Positions 50,092-63,132 are shown, counted from the whole stretch's first letter. The stretch: 63,259 bases of DNA, filler included, from Asterionella formosa (GCA_002256025.1; 7 parts of 7 records of this genome joined end to end with filler, not necessarily neighbours in it), one strand, 5' to 3'. Numbers and translations are program-made. The notes: generated from the sequence alone by a model not told the origin.

Positions 50092-52604
50092 GATTTACCT
50101 CAAGTTGCTATGAATGAACGAAAAATTAAATCGGCAAATAGGAGCTTGCGTATCGGGATGGCAGCAGCAAAGTGAAGTTGCACTGTTGGTCAATCAGTCT
50201 CTTTTGAATCAGTATCACAAACACACTGGGGATTGTCCTTGCTTTGATCATCAACAACAGTACAGTACATAATTAATGTGCTTCAGCCAACATAATCCGA
50301 TGTGATCTGATCGCTGCTGTCATACAATAAATATGTACCGGTAGACGACCCGGTAGATACCTGTTCCTGCTCGTTTAGGTAAACGAGAGATTTAGATTTG
50401 TTTCCCCTGGAGTGAGAACCGTCTTTTACCGCAACTCCGACAGGTCTACACATACCAGATAAAGTCTACCACTGGAGAACCAGGTACTTCAGAGGATAGA
50501 AGAGTACAGCAAGAATCATGCTTTCTCCAACTCCACCAATGCTGAATGAAAATGGCGCGCTTGAACAAATCCGAGTTATCCGACTGCTGCTGAACATGAC
50601 AATCATGGAACTTACCACCTCAAAACTGAGAGTCAACGTTTGAAAGATTTTGAACTAAGAGTCAACGTTAAATCGAGTAAATTCACATTTTGGGCTAAAT
50701 ATGCTAGATACGAACATAATTATTCGAGCAATGTAGCAATCGTCTTGCTTTTCGATGAGAACTTTGGGTGTCTAAGTAATTTTTGGTTTCTCTAAGTAAT
50801 TTTTTTATTTAGGGGCACATTGGATTTTTCGGCAGTCCAATTTTAGGTTTGAGCCCCCAACGTAATGATTAGAATGCATGGACCACCGAATATACCGGTA
50901 CCGGTATATGCATGAAAAAACAGTCACACAAGAATGATTGTACCAAGCATCGAAAATTCGACACGATGTTGTTAAGCAACCAAAGTATGAAACGAAAATC
51001 AACAGGTAAGAAGTGAAAATGACAAGCAGGGAGTAGAATAAAAAGTGAAAAAGAAAATGGGTCAGCGGAAAAATGGTGTGAAAAATTATCAACGCATTTT
51101 CATTAACAGAAAATGTCAACTCACACAAAAATTGTCATAGCAACGAAATTTCAGAAATGTTTAGATTGGGCCTGGAGCAGCAGAAACCGATGCATGAATA
51201 GATTTGGAGGGAGAGGTTTCTGGATTGATTTCGAGTTGTGGTGGTGGAGGTGGCGGAGGAGCAACAGCTTGTTGATAGTGGAGGTTTGGTGCTGGGGGTG
51301 CAGGCTGCTGGTACCAGGTAGTATCAGGCAGAAGGAGGAGCAGGATGCATCGAAAAATTTACTGGCTGATGTGGGCGTTTGTGGCTTTGTAACTTAAGGA
51401 GGACAAGTTTTGGTAGGATGACAGGGAGCAATGGAGAGATATTTTGTTGGTGCTGGCAAGATATGTTGCCGACATCATTGGCATCCTGAAGACTTTACAA
51501 TCTTCGTGCAAGTTTCGAATTAAGTGGCTTTGCTAGCATTGGGAAGCAAGAAACGGAAACAAATAATGTCAGTGCGTGTATATTATACCTTGTGAAAAAC
51601 AATAACAATCAACTGGCAATATACTTCACCTCATTGGACAAGGGTTCGACTGGATGGTGATTTGTTGGCATTGTCAGGAAGTGGAGGAGTAACATGACAG
51701 GTGCCTTCATCAACGCTCTGAAGAGAAAGAGATACTATGTATTATAATAAGCATGCTCAACCATGGCGGGAAGTCAAAACATGACAGCAACAATCAACAA
51801 GCACATAACTGTCCTCTCTTCCTTGTTGAATACGAGTTCATGCAGAACACTGGTTCTATCATGTTCCGGCTGCTTTGCTGAGTTCGCCATAGCTCATTGA
51901 GATTGACGACTTTTCGTTGACATTGTAGATGATTATAAAGAAGTAACAAAAGTAATATTGTGATTAGAAAGCAATAAAACAATACAATTGTAGAGCAGCG
52001 GAAAAAAGCCAACACATGAGTACTAAAACTTGCTGCCGAGATCTGATTTGAGACAGTGTAGGACACGTAGAAAACATACTACAAAATTATAGTTAAAATT
52101 TAACGGCTGATCATATCTGACGAAAATACCGGTTCAATGACGAGATGGAAGCCTAACTTTCATCTACCATAACGTATTGAGTTTTGATTCTCAACGACTG
52201 ATTGAGGTCGCTTTTGAACAATCATTAATTTATATTTCTATCACTACATATCAAATCTAGCAAAGGAGTTGACCGGAAAGGCTATCGGAAATCAACAGAA
52301 AGGGGAACCGAAATTTTGACGTCACAAGAGAGCACGATGCGACCACATGAATCCCATAAGAAGTCGAATTATCCAACAACCACCAGCCAGATCCATTTGA
52401 TAAAGAGTCGATGTTTGAGACATCAATGAACAGAGTTGTTATACCTTGGAGCATGCTGGAAGATAGCAGGGAATGTTCCTTGATTTTGCGGACACATCTG
52501 TAATTGTCTAGTCAATTATTTATTGATTTGGCCTCTAGGTCTGATCGCCTTCTAAAGTCCATTTAAAAATTTAGAGAGAACTTCTCCTGAAAGTTCCTCT
52601 CTAA

Positions 52605-54450
52605 GGGTAGTTCTTATCATTCCGAATTTGCTGTATCATTTCCGGGTTGCGGGCAAAAAGTGACGGTTGGTATCAAAACACGGTATCAGCAATGGTAACT
52701 TGATGGTATCAATTTTGTATCATTGATACAAAATTGATACCTTTTTTGCCCCCTCCAAAACGGTATCAGTGATACTGACGTTTTCACGCGGGTATCATTT
52801 CCGTTGTCACAAATAAAATAACCGAAAATAAGCCTGCAAGGCAAGGCACCAGTGATAATATTAATGGCATATACTATTCCTTCAATTTTATGCTGGCTGC
52901 ATACATCGTCCAAGCAACACCATTGATACAATTATACAGCACCAGACAGAAACTTACTTGGCGATCTTATAACTCCCAAGTGTTTTTGAGAATTTGTTAC
53001 TACAGATCAGTCATTGGAATCTCCCTGAAGATACTACAAGCAAGGCAAATGGAACCGCATATGGAACCAGTCACACAAACGCAAACAACAACTGTTGATG
53101 TGGAGACCACTGTATATCAAGATCGACCCACCACCTTCAACAATACAATGCAGTCTCGTGCTACAGATACTGAAGTCGATCGATTTGTTGACTCCCTCAT
53201 ACTTCCTGATGACTTTGTGCTTGATAGTGAAAGGACAAAGGTGATTTTCATCAAAGGTGATTTTCATCAAAGGTGTTGCAATTAAGCAGATCTTGGTCAA
53301 GGTTCTCCGAAAAATTTGCGTCAGATACAAAGTTTCTGGATACAAAAATGCGAAGAAGGCTTTCACTGTTGCTTTGATTGCTCGACTTTTGAAGAGAGAC
53401 AGCTTGTCACAGAGGATATACCCTAGATCTTTCAATGTCAATGAATCAGACATTGAATTGGATAGTGATAATGATAATCACGAACATTCATCAATTAATG
53501 ATGAGGAATTCAAAGTCGATGAAGATTGCGAAGATGATAATGGTGAAAGGAACGACAAAGTTTAAGAGGCAACAGCAGTGCAGCCACATGAGTCTTTGGT
53601 CGATCCTCAGTTTGAACAAGAGGAAGTGAACCCTCCTGTAAAAAAGGCGAAAAATAATAAGGCACAGGCAAAGTCAACCCCTCCAGATGCTGTGACCTGC
53701 ATCAACACATACTTCCGTGTCATTAATGTCTACATGTGCGACAAGCATCGCAGTGATGTTTTGCGTCTAGGTCAGCCACAAGCTCTGCCTGGCTCAACTT
53801 GATGCAAGAATATTTCGACAAGAGTTCATTTTCGATCGACTTGTTGTCACATATAATGATGATGAGGATGACGACTGCATCATTCTAGCATTTCCCGAAG
53901 ATGAATACTGGGACCAAGTTGGAATTGATGCTGATTACGCAAAAAATATGATGTCCTCACTTCCAAAGACTTTTCATTGGTAATGGGATACATTAATCAT
54001 CATTGTCAAGTTGCCTATCGAAAAAACAAACAATCAGGCAATCATAATGATTTTGTCAAATTTGTTGGGCCACGTCATTTCCTATATTACTACCATCTTT
54101 GGTTGTGTCAAGTTCCACATCTATTGAATTTTGCTGTACCACTGTTACCAAAATATGCCTTCCGTGAGAGTATAGACATTGACGATACTGCCACCACATT
54201 GTCATCAAAATCAAATCTTCAAGCAATTTCAGTGTTAGAAAGAAGGGAAGACATGCAATCTTGACGCAAAAACCTACATCATCTTCTCAAAATCTTGCAA
54301 GTGCATTGGAATCATTTGAGAAGTCAAATGTTGCAAAACTCAGACTGCTAGAGTCTACAACTGCACCACGCAGAGAAAATGATCTACTGGATGTCTTGGA
54401 TAAGTATAAGGTCCGACTAAGAGTTGCGCGGGAGGAACTGGAAGAACTCG
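52605..54450 (+). mobile_element. End of a probable PIF/Harbinger-type DNA transposon with a pseudogenised accessory ORF (about 53049-54450)
   Basis: Terminus GGGTAGTTCTTATC preceded by TAA; the first ~220 bp match 60341-60563 in inverse orientation. The ORF is broken by a 16-bp tandem duplication at about 53240-53272, stops and frameshifts. Confidence 0.6.
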
Positions 54451-55929
54451 NNNNNNNNNNNNNNNNNNNNNNNNNNNNNNNNNNNNNNNNNNNNTTAATT
54501 AATTAANNNNNNNNNNNNNNNNNNNNNNNNNNNNNNNNNNNNNNNNNNNNGAGACTTTTTCAAGATAATTTACAGATTAACTCACTGGGGGAACTACTTT
54601 TGAATATATTATGATAGCATCAATAGCAATTTTTTTCTTGTTACCTATATGACAACCACCAATTTCAGGTCACCAGAAGGTATTATGATATAAGATAGTA
54701 TCAATATCTTCGAAAGGACAACATTTCTATTACCTGATTACATTATGTCTTGTATGATTAACCATGCTAAGCATAGCCCTATCTTGATAATTTATAATCA
54801 TCAAGTAAACCTAGGAGGGCCCAATTTTCGCGTACGGGCGCATTGCTCGCATTGTTCTTGATCAGTATACTGTACGTAATATTTACCAGTATCAGTATAC
54901 CAGTATACTGTTGGATTGGAATAAAGTAACTGTAATAATAACTGGTGGGACTCCCCAATACCATACTGCCTCACGTTAGTAGAAGTATAACTGGTATACT
55001 GCTGGAAGCCAAAAAATGGCTCGCAGTTAACTGCAGTATAAAATCACCGACCTATGGTTCCAAGTACATCGTTGTTAGCACTCACGCATGTACCTAATCT
55101 GGTGGCTGCGCCGGTATGGTTCGTACGGCGCATGTATGGAGCATCATATGCAGATATTAACAATTCGTTCTTGAAACTTCGATAGAATTCGTCTAGCGAA
55201 GGATGATGCAAGCAGCATGATAACTGTACCTGGTACTCCTACCTGGTACACTATCTTACCGGTCCGTATCGTAGTTTCATTTATGCTGTGTGGTGAACTG
55301 AGTATTTTCCTTGTACCCTGTGGTATTGAGAACCGGTATGTGCAGTAGCCATTATACAAGCAAATTCTAATTAGCGTTGGGGAAGAGTGTTTCCTTGAGC
55401 CGAACACGTCACCTAACAACAAGATGTGACACTGATTCATTCCTACATGCCATACTGTACCTCTGTATCTTGTATACCGCCAGGATTTAAAAATAAAGAA
55501 ACGGAATGTATTCCTGACAATCATTACAATTTACAGGTATAAATAAGCATTGGACAAAAAGAATTTTGATGTGAAACACATAATTGACTTGACTTTGATG
55601 ATCACGTCCGTTTCTGCCATGATCCTTCCTTCCTGTGTAAGACATGCAGTCTAGTCAAGGTACAAATATGATCATTTTGATCGAAGTAATGAACTGATTG
55701 CAGACGGATAAACAACACTTCCCCTTTTCAAGTTGACAAGCGAAAAAATGACGAACAAGTTGTGTATAAGTTTCATTCTAGCGTGTATGCCGCGGTCCCT
55801 TTCTTTTCTACCTGCACCTACATAATCTGATGTGTAGCGTTTAAAGAAAAGTATTGACTATACTAAAAAGCCTACTTTCAGTATTGGCACTTATGCCATG
55901 GCTGACCTAACTCAAGTCATGAAGGCTAC

Positions 55930-56213
55930 TTAGCCATACAACCCTGGCGAAGCAGCTGGTGAAGAAGCGTCAGCAGGGACAGGAGCCGGGACTGGAGCAG
56001 GGACAGGAGCCGGGACTGGTACCATGGTGGGTACAACGATAGGGCTAGGAGCAGGGACTGGGTCTGTTGGTACCACAACCATAGTGGGAAATGGAGCAGG
56101 TGTTGGAACCGGCCAGGGAGTTGGGGCAGGCGTTGGAGTAGCTGTTGGCCAAGGAGTTGGGACCGGCCAAGGTGTTGGAGCAGGGGTTGGAGTAGCTGTT
56201 GGCCAAGGAGTTG
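55930..56213 (-). CDS. C-terminal fragment of a Pro/Thr-rich repeat protein (mucin/cell-surface-like)
   Basis: Open frame from the contig edge: TPWPTATPTPAPTPWPVPTPWPTATPTPAPTPWPVPTPAPFPTMVVVPTDPVPAPSP..ASPGLYG*, with synonymous variation between repeat units. Confidence 0.7.
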
Positions 56214-56313
56214 NNNNNNNNNNNNNNNNNNNNNNNNNNNNNNNNNNNNNNNNNNNNTTAATTAATTAANNNNNNNNNNNNNNNNNNNNNNNNNNNNNNN
56301 NNNNNNNNNNNNN

Positions 56314-57976
56314 CATCCATACCACAAAATGGACACTTCCTCAAATACCTATGAGGCATTCGCTTCCACCCCACCAAGGTGGGGACAGTTACAAATGCCC
56401 CAATCCGACACCGAACTATCAAAGCCAGTCCTGCTTGGTCGTTGGGACTGCCCCCCACACGTGACCGTGTGAGTGGATGCTTGTCAAATCCGGCTCCCTC
56501 ATACCACACTGTGCGGGCCCCCGACGGACGAGTCAAGTTCCGTCGGATCCCACACTCTCTCTCCAAGATGCATGCTTTCACTACCTCAGCCAGTACCTTT
56601 GGTTCCAGGCTCTGCCATCCAGCACCCAAGTACCTCTCCACAATAGACACCGGTGCATGGGGGAGCGCATAGCGTTTCAGCCAGCGCGGACCCCCTGAGC
56701 ACCATGTCCATTTCTGACTTCGGAATGGTCTTAGGACCAATTCCTGAAGCCAGGTTTTGAGACCCGAGGCCTTGGCATAAGCTCTGGCCCGTCGGGCACC
56801 CGCCAAGGCACACATTGGCAACATCCGTGCCTCCTTCCAAAGGCCTACTGATGGCACACCCCCTGCCCTCCTGGCTCCAATGCTAGCCCTAAGGCATCGG
56901 TTCAGAAGAACCTGCATTTTGTCCGTAAGGTGACGGTTCATACCATACAGCTCAGCCCCAAAAAGGAGGCGGGGGGCAACTACTCCTGCAACAGTCAGCA
57001 AACGCATGGCCATTGGTACCACCGGGCACCGTAGAAACGGTACCAAGGTGGCAACTGTGGCCCGCCCTTGCTTGACTCTATGGTCCACCATAGACGAGAT
57101 AGACAGACCTGGTGTCATGAGGACACCCAGATACATATATCTGTCCACAACAGGGAGTGGAAGTCCCTCCAGTTCCAGTCCAGCCACATCTTGTCCAGGG
57201 ACAAGCGGTTCGGTGGCCGAACCTGGGTCTGGCGGTAGGAATTCCATCAGCCCGCACTTCCCTATGCCCACACTCATCTCGTTAGCTGTAACCCAGTTGG
57301 TAACGTGCGTACAGAACCGTTTGGCCGCCTCCAGGGAGGGGCAGATTCCGGCCGCATCATCAGCAAAGAGGGTACATCCCACTGTCAGTGTGGGTGTGGA
57401 GTTCCGCCATGTGCGACTGTCCCCAGTTGGTACCAGGGCACCGCTCTCCTCCGTCCCCACTGCCAAGTCATCAATGAAGATGTTGAACAGTATAGGCGAA
57501 AGAGGGCAACCCTGCCGCACACCTCGCAACAGTCTGCAGGGGTCCGAGTAAAGGGCAGTCAAGCCACCCCCCACTCGTACCCTGATTGTACTGCTGCGAT
57601 AAAGGGCACGTAGAAAAGCAAGGCAACGTCCCCTAATCCCAAACCTGGATAGTTTCGCAAAGAGCGCCTCGTGGGGCACCGTATCATATGCCTTCTTGAG
57701 GTCTACGAATACCACGTAGGTCGGCTCTCCCACTATCCTCCGGCGTTGTATGATTTCCATGACACAGGCTACCTGGGTTACACATTCCTCTCTCTGGCGA
57801 AAGCCAGCCTGGGCTCGGCTAAACAGCCCTCGAGATTCCGCTTCCACATTTATCCTGGTACCAAGGATCACACACACCACCTTGAGGACAGTGGCCATGA
57901 GCGAAATCCCCCGATAGTTGTTCATATCAGCCAAGTCCCCTTTCTTAGGTATTGAGACGACCAGTGACTCAGCCCA
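56314..57976 (-). mobile_element. Non-LTR (LINE) retrotransposon reverse transcriptase, partial, uninterrupted frame
   Basis: NYRGISL, QAGFR, FVDLKKAYDTV, GVRQGCPLSPILFNIFIDDL, LFADD, YMYLGV and a C-terminal CPFC; the listed 558-aa ORF covers nearly the whole contig. Confidence 0.95.
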
Positions 57977-59110
57977 NNNNNNNNNNNNNNNNNNNNNNNN
58001 NNNNNNNNNNNNNNNNNNNNTTAATTAATTAANNNNNNNNNNNNNNNNNNNNNNNNNNNNNNNNNNNNNNNNNNNNGCATCTTTGATACCATCAAGAGAG
58101 CGAAAGCAAGTGGCTCTTTTCATTGTTGTTTGCTCGTAGGAAGAATTTGATATCTGTATCGTCATTTGCTTGTTGGAATTGTCCGTTGCCTCAAACCTGC
58201 TTGGCGTGTGCGTACACACAGCCACTGTCGACTTGTTTTCATTGGAATGTGGTTCTTGTATTCACTGTTAAACTTGTCCGTATCTTTGTTACCATCAATA
58301 GAGCGACGCAGATGAAGTGGGTCTCTTCATTGTTGTTTGCTCCTGAAAAAGTCGGTGTCCATGTCCGTGTCATCCTCATCAATAGAGAGACAAGTTCTTT
58401 CGTTGGAAAAATTGGTACTCGTGGTATCATCATTCGCTCGTTGGAACCACTGTCCGTTGCCTCAAACCTGATTAGCGTCTGAGTACCGGTATGTGCACTG
58501 TCGACTTTAGTACATTACAGGCGGAGTGACTTTGCTACTAAATTGCGTGATATAATAATATACCCTGTAGCACAATGCAGAATACAGTTGCTTCCCAATC
58601 ATCTCATCATGATTGATAAGATGATACTGTGATATCATGATAAGGTTACATCGATGCATACATCACCAAAGTATGATACGTAATATTGAATAAAGTACAT
58701 CACATAGCTATGATACATTGATCCTAAAACTATGATGATTTTATAGAATGTTTATGATATAATTTTGATCAAAATATGATCATGCAAAAATAATACAATG
58801 ACAATAAAATACGATAAAATATGTACGCAAGTGTTACCAAGACATCATAGAATATAAATCAAGCAATCATAAAGTATGTTAATTAATATATGTGTTTGTC
58901 ATTTAATGTATACAGTTAAAGTCAACAGTTAGCTAATATGATAGTATTATACAGTGGATAGGATCTAAGTATATGGATGCATTGATAGGTACATCACTAT
59001 AATATGATTTGTGACATGATGGATTGATGCATATCACATACCGGTATCCTCAACAACCAGCCATCACGTTCATTGTTGTGTCGTCTTTCCTTTTTTTAGC
59101 TATATATATG

Positions 59111-59314
59111 CTCAGATCCGTTCCATTGCAAATCTTCTTTCAATAGGTCAAACTCGTCATCCTTGAGCATTTGCCTTCCAGTGGCATCGTAGGACTGAAG
59201 CGCGTCCAGAAAGATACGCTCCTTTTAGGCTACTGTGAGACGAATGAGTTCCCCACTTTCCGGATCAACGACACAGTATCCCTTGTCAGGACTAGTTTCG
59301 TTTTTGCTTGATTT
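59111..59314 (-). pseudogene. Fragment of a PGRL1-like (PGR5-like protein 1) gene with an in-frame stop
   Basis: Translates KGYCVVDPESGELIRLTVA*KERIFLDALQSYDATGRQMLKDDEFDLLKEDLQWNGSE, matching the PGRL1 motif (FLxALQxxY..EFDxLKExLxWxGS); TAA at 59227-59225. Confidence 0.7.
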
Positions 59315-60340
59315 CTATGGGGAAAGATGGAAGTAAGAATTTTTTTTACTCATAAATAGTTACTAATAAAATGGTTATTTGTTTTTAATCAAGTACAGCC
59401 ATTTGCAAATAACCGCACGCTGGTGTCGTTTCTTTTGCTCCATCGACCGAGTCGGACAGAAGTGTCATGTTTATGACAAGTCTCTTCGTTCCAACCACTC
59501 CTCATATTCGAAACCCGTTTGATTCGTCGTTGTGGCAAGTTTTGTTGTGTTGCGCAGGAAGTCACAAATAGGCGGGAGACATCCATCGACCAAGTCGGAC
59601 AGAAGTGTCAGGTCAGTTCTTGTCACATCTCTTCATTCCAACTCCTCTTATTAGAAACTGTTTGATACGGCGGGATACAACCTTCCTCGCTGTTTCCCAA
59701 GTCCAATGGTACCACCAGAATGCAGCAAAGTTTTCTTCNNNNNNNNNNNNNNNNNNNNNNNNNNNNNNNNNNNNNNNNNNNNTTAATTAATTAANNNNNN
59801 NNNNNNNNNNNNNNNNNNNNNNNNNNNNNNNNNNNNNNCGGCTACTCGATTTAAACCGAAAAAATCCATTCTCCACAAAAATAAAAATAAAATTGTATCA
59901 TCAAAAAGTATCACGACAATTCAACGGTTACGGGCTGGCTACAAACATATGCTTTTCCTTCCAGACTACCTGTATATAATGGTACCAAACCAGTCCTCAA
60001 ACCATGCAAGAAATCTACGCGAATTATGTATATGGACTACTATAGTCAATGGTATTTGCACAGGTATTTGTTGTAGTCAGGTGATCATTTTCGTATTCTA
60101 TTGCCTAGTACGTGCTGGACGAGTGATAGTAGAATGTACCGGTAGTGACAGCCAAAGCCAAAGTATTTAATCTGTTCAATTCTCGACTCAGTGGTTGTTG
60201 TTCTTTGGTGTTGTGGCTGAACATTGCCACACACGGCCGCTATAATGATTGTATGGTTCTTCTTTGATACACACCATAATAATTTTTGTATATTTTATGT
60301 AGATGTAAGGAAAAGTACTGCCCTGCAGGAGGCGTATTAT

Positions 60341-60563
60341 CGGTTATTTTATTAGTGACAACGGAAATGATACCCGCATGAAAACGTCAGTATCACTGAT
60401 ACCGTTTTTGGAGGGGGCAAAAAAAGGTATCAATTTTGTATCAATGATACAAAATTTGATACCATCAAGTTACCGTTGCTGATACCGTGTTTTGATACCA
60501 ACCGTCACTTTTTGCCCGCAACCCGGAAATGATACAGCAAATTCGGAATGATAAGAACGACCC
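60341..60563 (-). mobile_element. Transposon end matching 52605-52824 in inverse orientation
   Basis: Near-identical reverse complement over about 220 bp, ending ATAAGAACGACCC; rich in GATAC/GTATC. Confidence 0.8.
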
Positions 60564-63132
60564 AAAGATACCGGTACGATAGTTGACAATTGCCCATTCA
60601 CACATGATACTTACGTACTTTGCATCGAAGTGCATAAACACAGATTCCATCAAGACAACTACTACTACATATGTAAAATGCCACGAGAAAACAGCTACAA
60701 GAAAAAAACGGCCGTTTGTCCGGTATTTCTCTCAAATGATCAAACTTCACTCCAAGTTCAACATAGTAGTACTAGAAAAACCGTGTTAAATTATGAAATG
60801 GGAATGAACGGAAGTTCAGACTTCGGCTGAAAAACTGGCCTACTGTTTTCTACGAAAATCAGCGTAAGTGTCCGGTAGATGTCTGATGATGAATACCAGC
60901 AAAGGGCGGTAATTTTGCTGAACTAAGGATTTTTTTAATCCCATATCGAATTGTTTTTTTTTTAATGACCGCATCTCTTTGTTGTACCTTCAACCAGCAG
61001 TCATTTTCCTGAAACGGACAACATGTTACCGGACATCGACATATTTTATAACGTATAAAGAACATCTTCTATTCATAGCACGATTCAGCGAAATAAATTT
61101 TTCTAATTGAAAAAACGAGAACAGCATATGACTATGACATTCAGGAAGCATTATGACTTTCAGGAAACATTATGACTTTCAGGAAATTCCTATAAATTTC
61201 AGGAAATGACAGGAATTTGTGAGGCATCATCATTGAATCTTGTTGTCTTCGATTAAGCTACCAGGTACTAGGTACATAATTATGCCATCACTACATAAAG
61301 CAATGTAGAGATAGTAATAACGTTTAAATATCATTTTTGTTTGTTTAAAATGGAACTCTATCAATCTGGCGCCGATTCCTATTTAATTCAAATATTCAAA
61401 TGGACACTCGAATCATGGGAATTCATAGTAGTAGGAAACTCCCTGTTCCACGCCGTTTTTACAACCCTAGCGATATTTTCTCCACACTAGGGTTAAGCCN
61501 NNNNNNNNNNNNNNNNNNNNNNNNNNNNNNNNNNNNNNNNNNNTTAATTAATTAANNNNNNNNNNNNNNNNNNNNNNNNNNNNNNNNNNNNNNNNNNNNT
61601 CGTCGTGTTTGAGGACATGATCAGGCGGAGGCGGACTACGGACAAACAATCCAGCAAATAATGCTCCACCGAATCCAGAAATCGTCCCAGTATTATACCT
61701 CCTCCATGGACTCAGTGCATCTTCTCGTTCCGTTCGCAGGGGAGGAGGAGCTACATCGGTATCTTCTGAATCAGATGCACCGGAGTCATGAAAAATATGT
61801 GGTTCGGATTCAGATGAATCATGCCTGAATTTTGAAAAAATGATGAGTAAGTTGTATGCTTGTAATTATTGGCGCATCATGGGTCCTATTCGTTGGTTCC
61901 AAGTTGCGAGACATTCATCATCCATATACCTTCTACATATGATAGATTATGCTGGGGTGCTGCATCTGCTGAATCCTTTAACGCATCCATGCATTTAATG
62001 TCACTCACATAATACTTTGCCCGGATTCTCCGCTCATGATCCTTTTTGGCCAATCTGACGAGAAATCACCAAAAGGGGTCCAGTTCCAGGGTGATTCGCC
62101 TTCCCGATTATTCGCCATGTTGGTGATCCCTGATAGGGCACTCACTGTACGAGTTTCAACGAAAGAAACTCGAATGAAATCGCCCAAATTGCTAAGAAAT
62201 TTTCTGCCCACTCCAGCGAGTTGCTATTCAATGTATGAACGATCGATGGATGCTCGTATTGTTGTGCAAATCGTTTTCTAGGGCCAGGCATCGGCCATTG
62301 AGAGTGATCAATTCAGGTGTACCTCTGCCTATACCTCTTGCTTCTATATTATCTTCATTTAATATACGATACCTCGGTAGATAAATGAAGAATTAAAAAG
62401 CAAAGCATAGATTACAAATTATATACCGGTATCATATTGAAAACTGTTTGACGAGTTGTCCCTGCAAGTTTGCATGGACATAACGATCAGATGTCCCCTT
62501 ATTATTATAGCTATCAGAGTTTATAAGATTAATCACAATACGTATTATTTGAAATTTAAATTCTTCAATAATGGATATCTTGTAATGTAGTTGATGTGGC
62601 TACGAGCGTTGAATTCGAATGGCATCCTATCATAGCATTATGTAAAGCTAAATTTATATACCCGCGTATTTCATGATTAAATTCTGTGGGAATTATTTTT
62701 GTTGTGCGTGACCAGTCCCCGTTAGTTCGCCTTGTATGTAGTACAGGACACACATTTTTCTTCCTACGATCTACACAGATACCAGTATTGGTCTAATCTT
62801 TCTGCATTTCAAAGATGCCAGTGAACCAAAATTGTCGATTCGCTCGACAAGAAAAATAATCCAACCAACGACGACACGGAACATGTAACAACACCTCAGT
62901 ACACCTGTAGTTGTAATAGAGAAGATCAATTCATGGAAAGGGGTTCTCGTTATAAATTCTCCGTTTCCTATATACTAGTCAGTATATCACTTGATGATGT
63001 AGTGATATATATAAGAGATTGAGTCTTAAATGGAAGGTAATGAAAACTAGAAATTTCCAGAATTTTACAGATTGTAGAAGGATCCAAGGTTGTGTAGAAC
63101 TCAAGTGACAAACTGTGTGAAAGGTCAAGAAG

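Noticed and set aside
50800..52600. Pro-rich and other coding-like fragments (similar unassigned fragments at 12660-13300, 46700-47400 and 61600-62300)
   Set aside because: Interrupted frames with no family signature I can identify.
56024..56269. Gly/Val-rich + strand ORF
   Set aside because: It is the antisense shadow of the Pro/Thr-rich minus-strand frame, which has a proper stop; it runs into the spacer.
52605..60563. One 8-kb transposon bounded by the 220-bp inverted repeats and carrying the LINE and PGRL1 fragment
   Set aside because: Four artificial spacers lie between the two ends, and the contigs are ordered by size.
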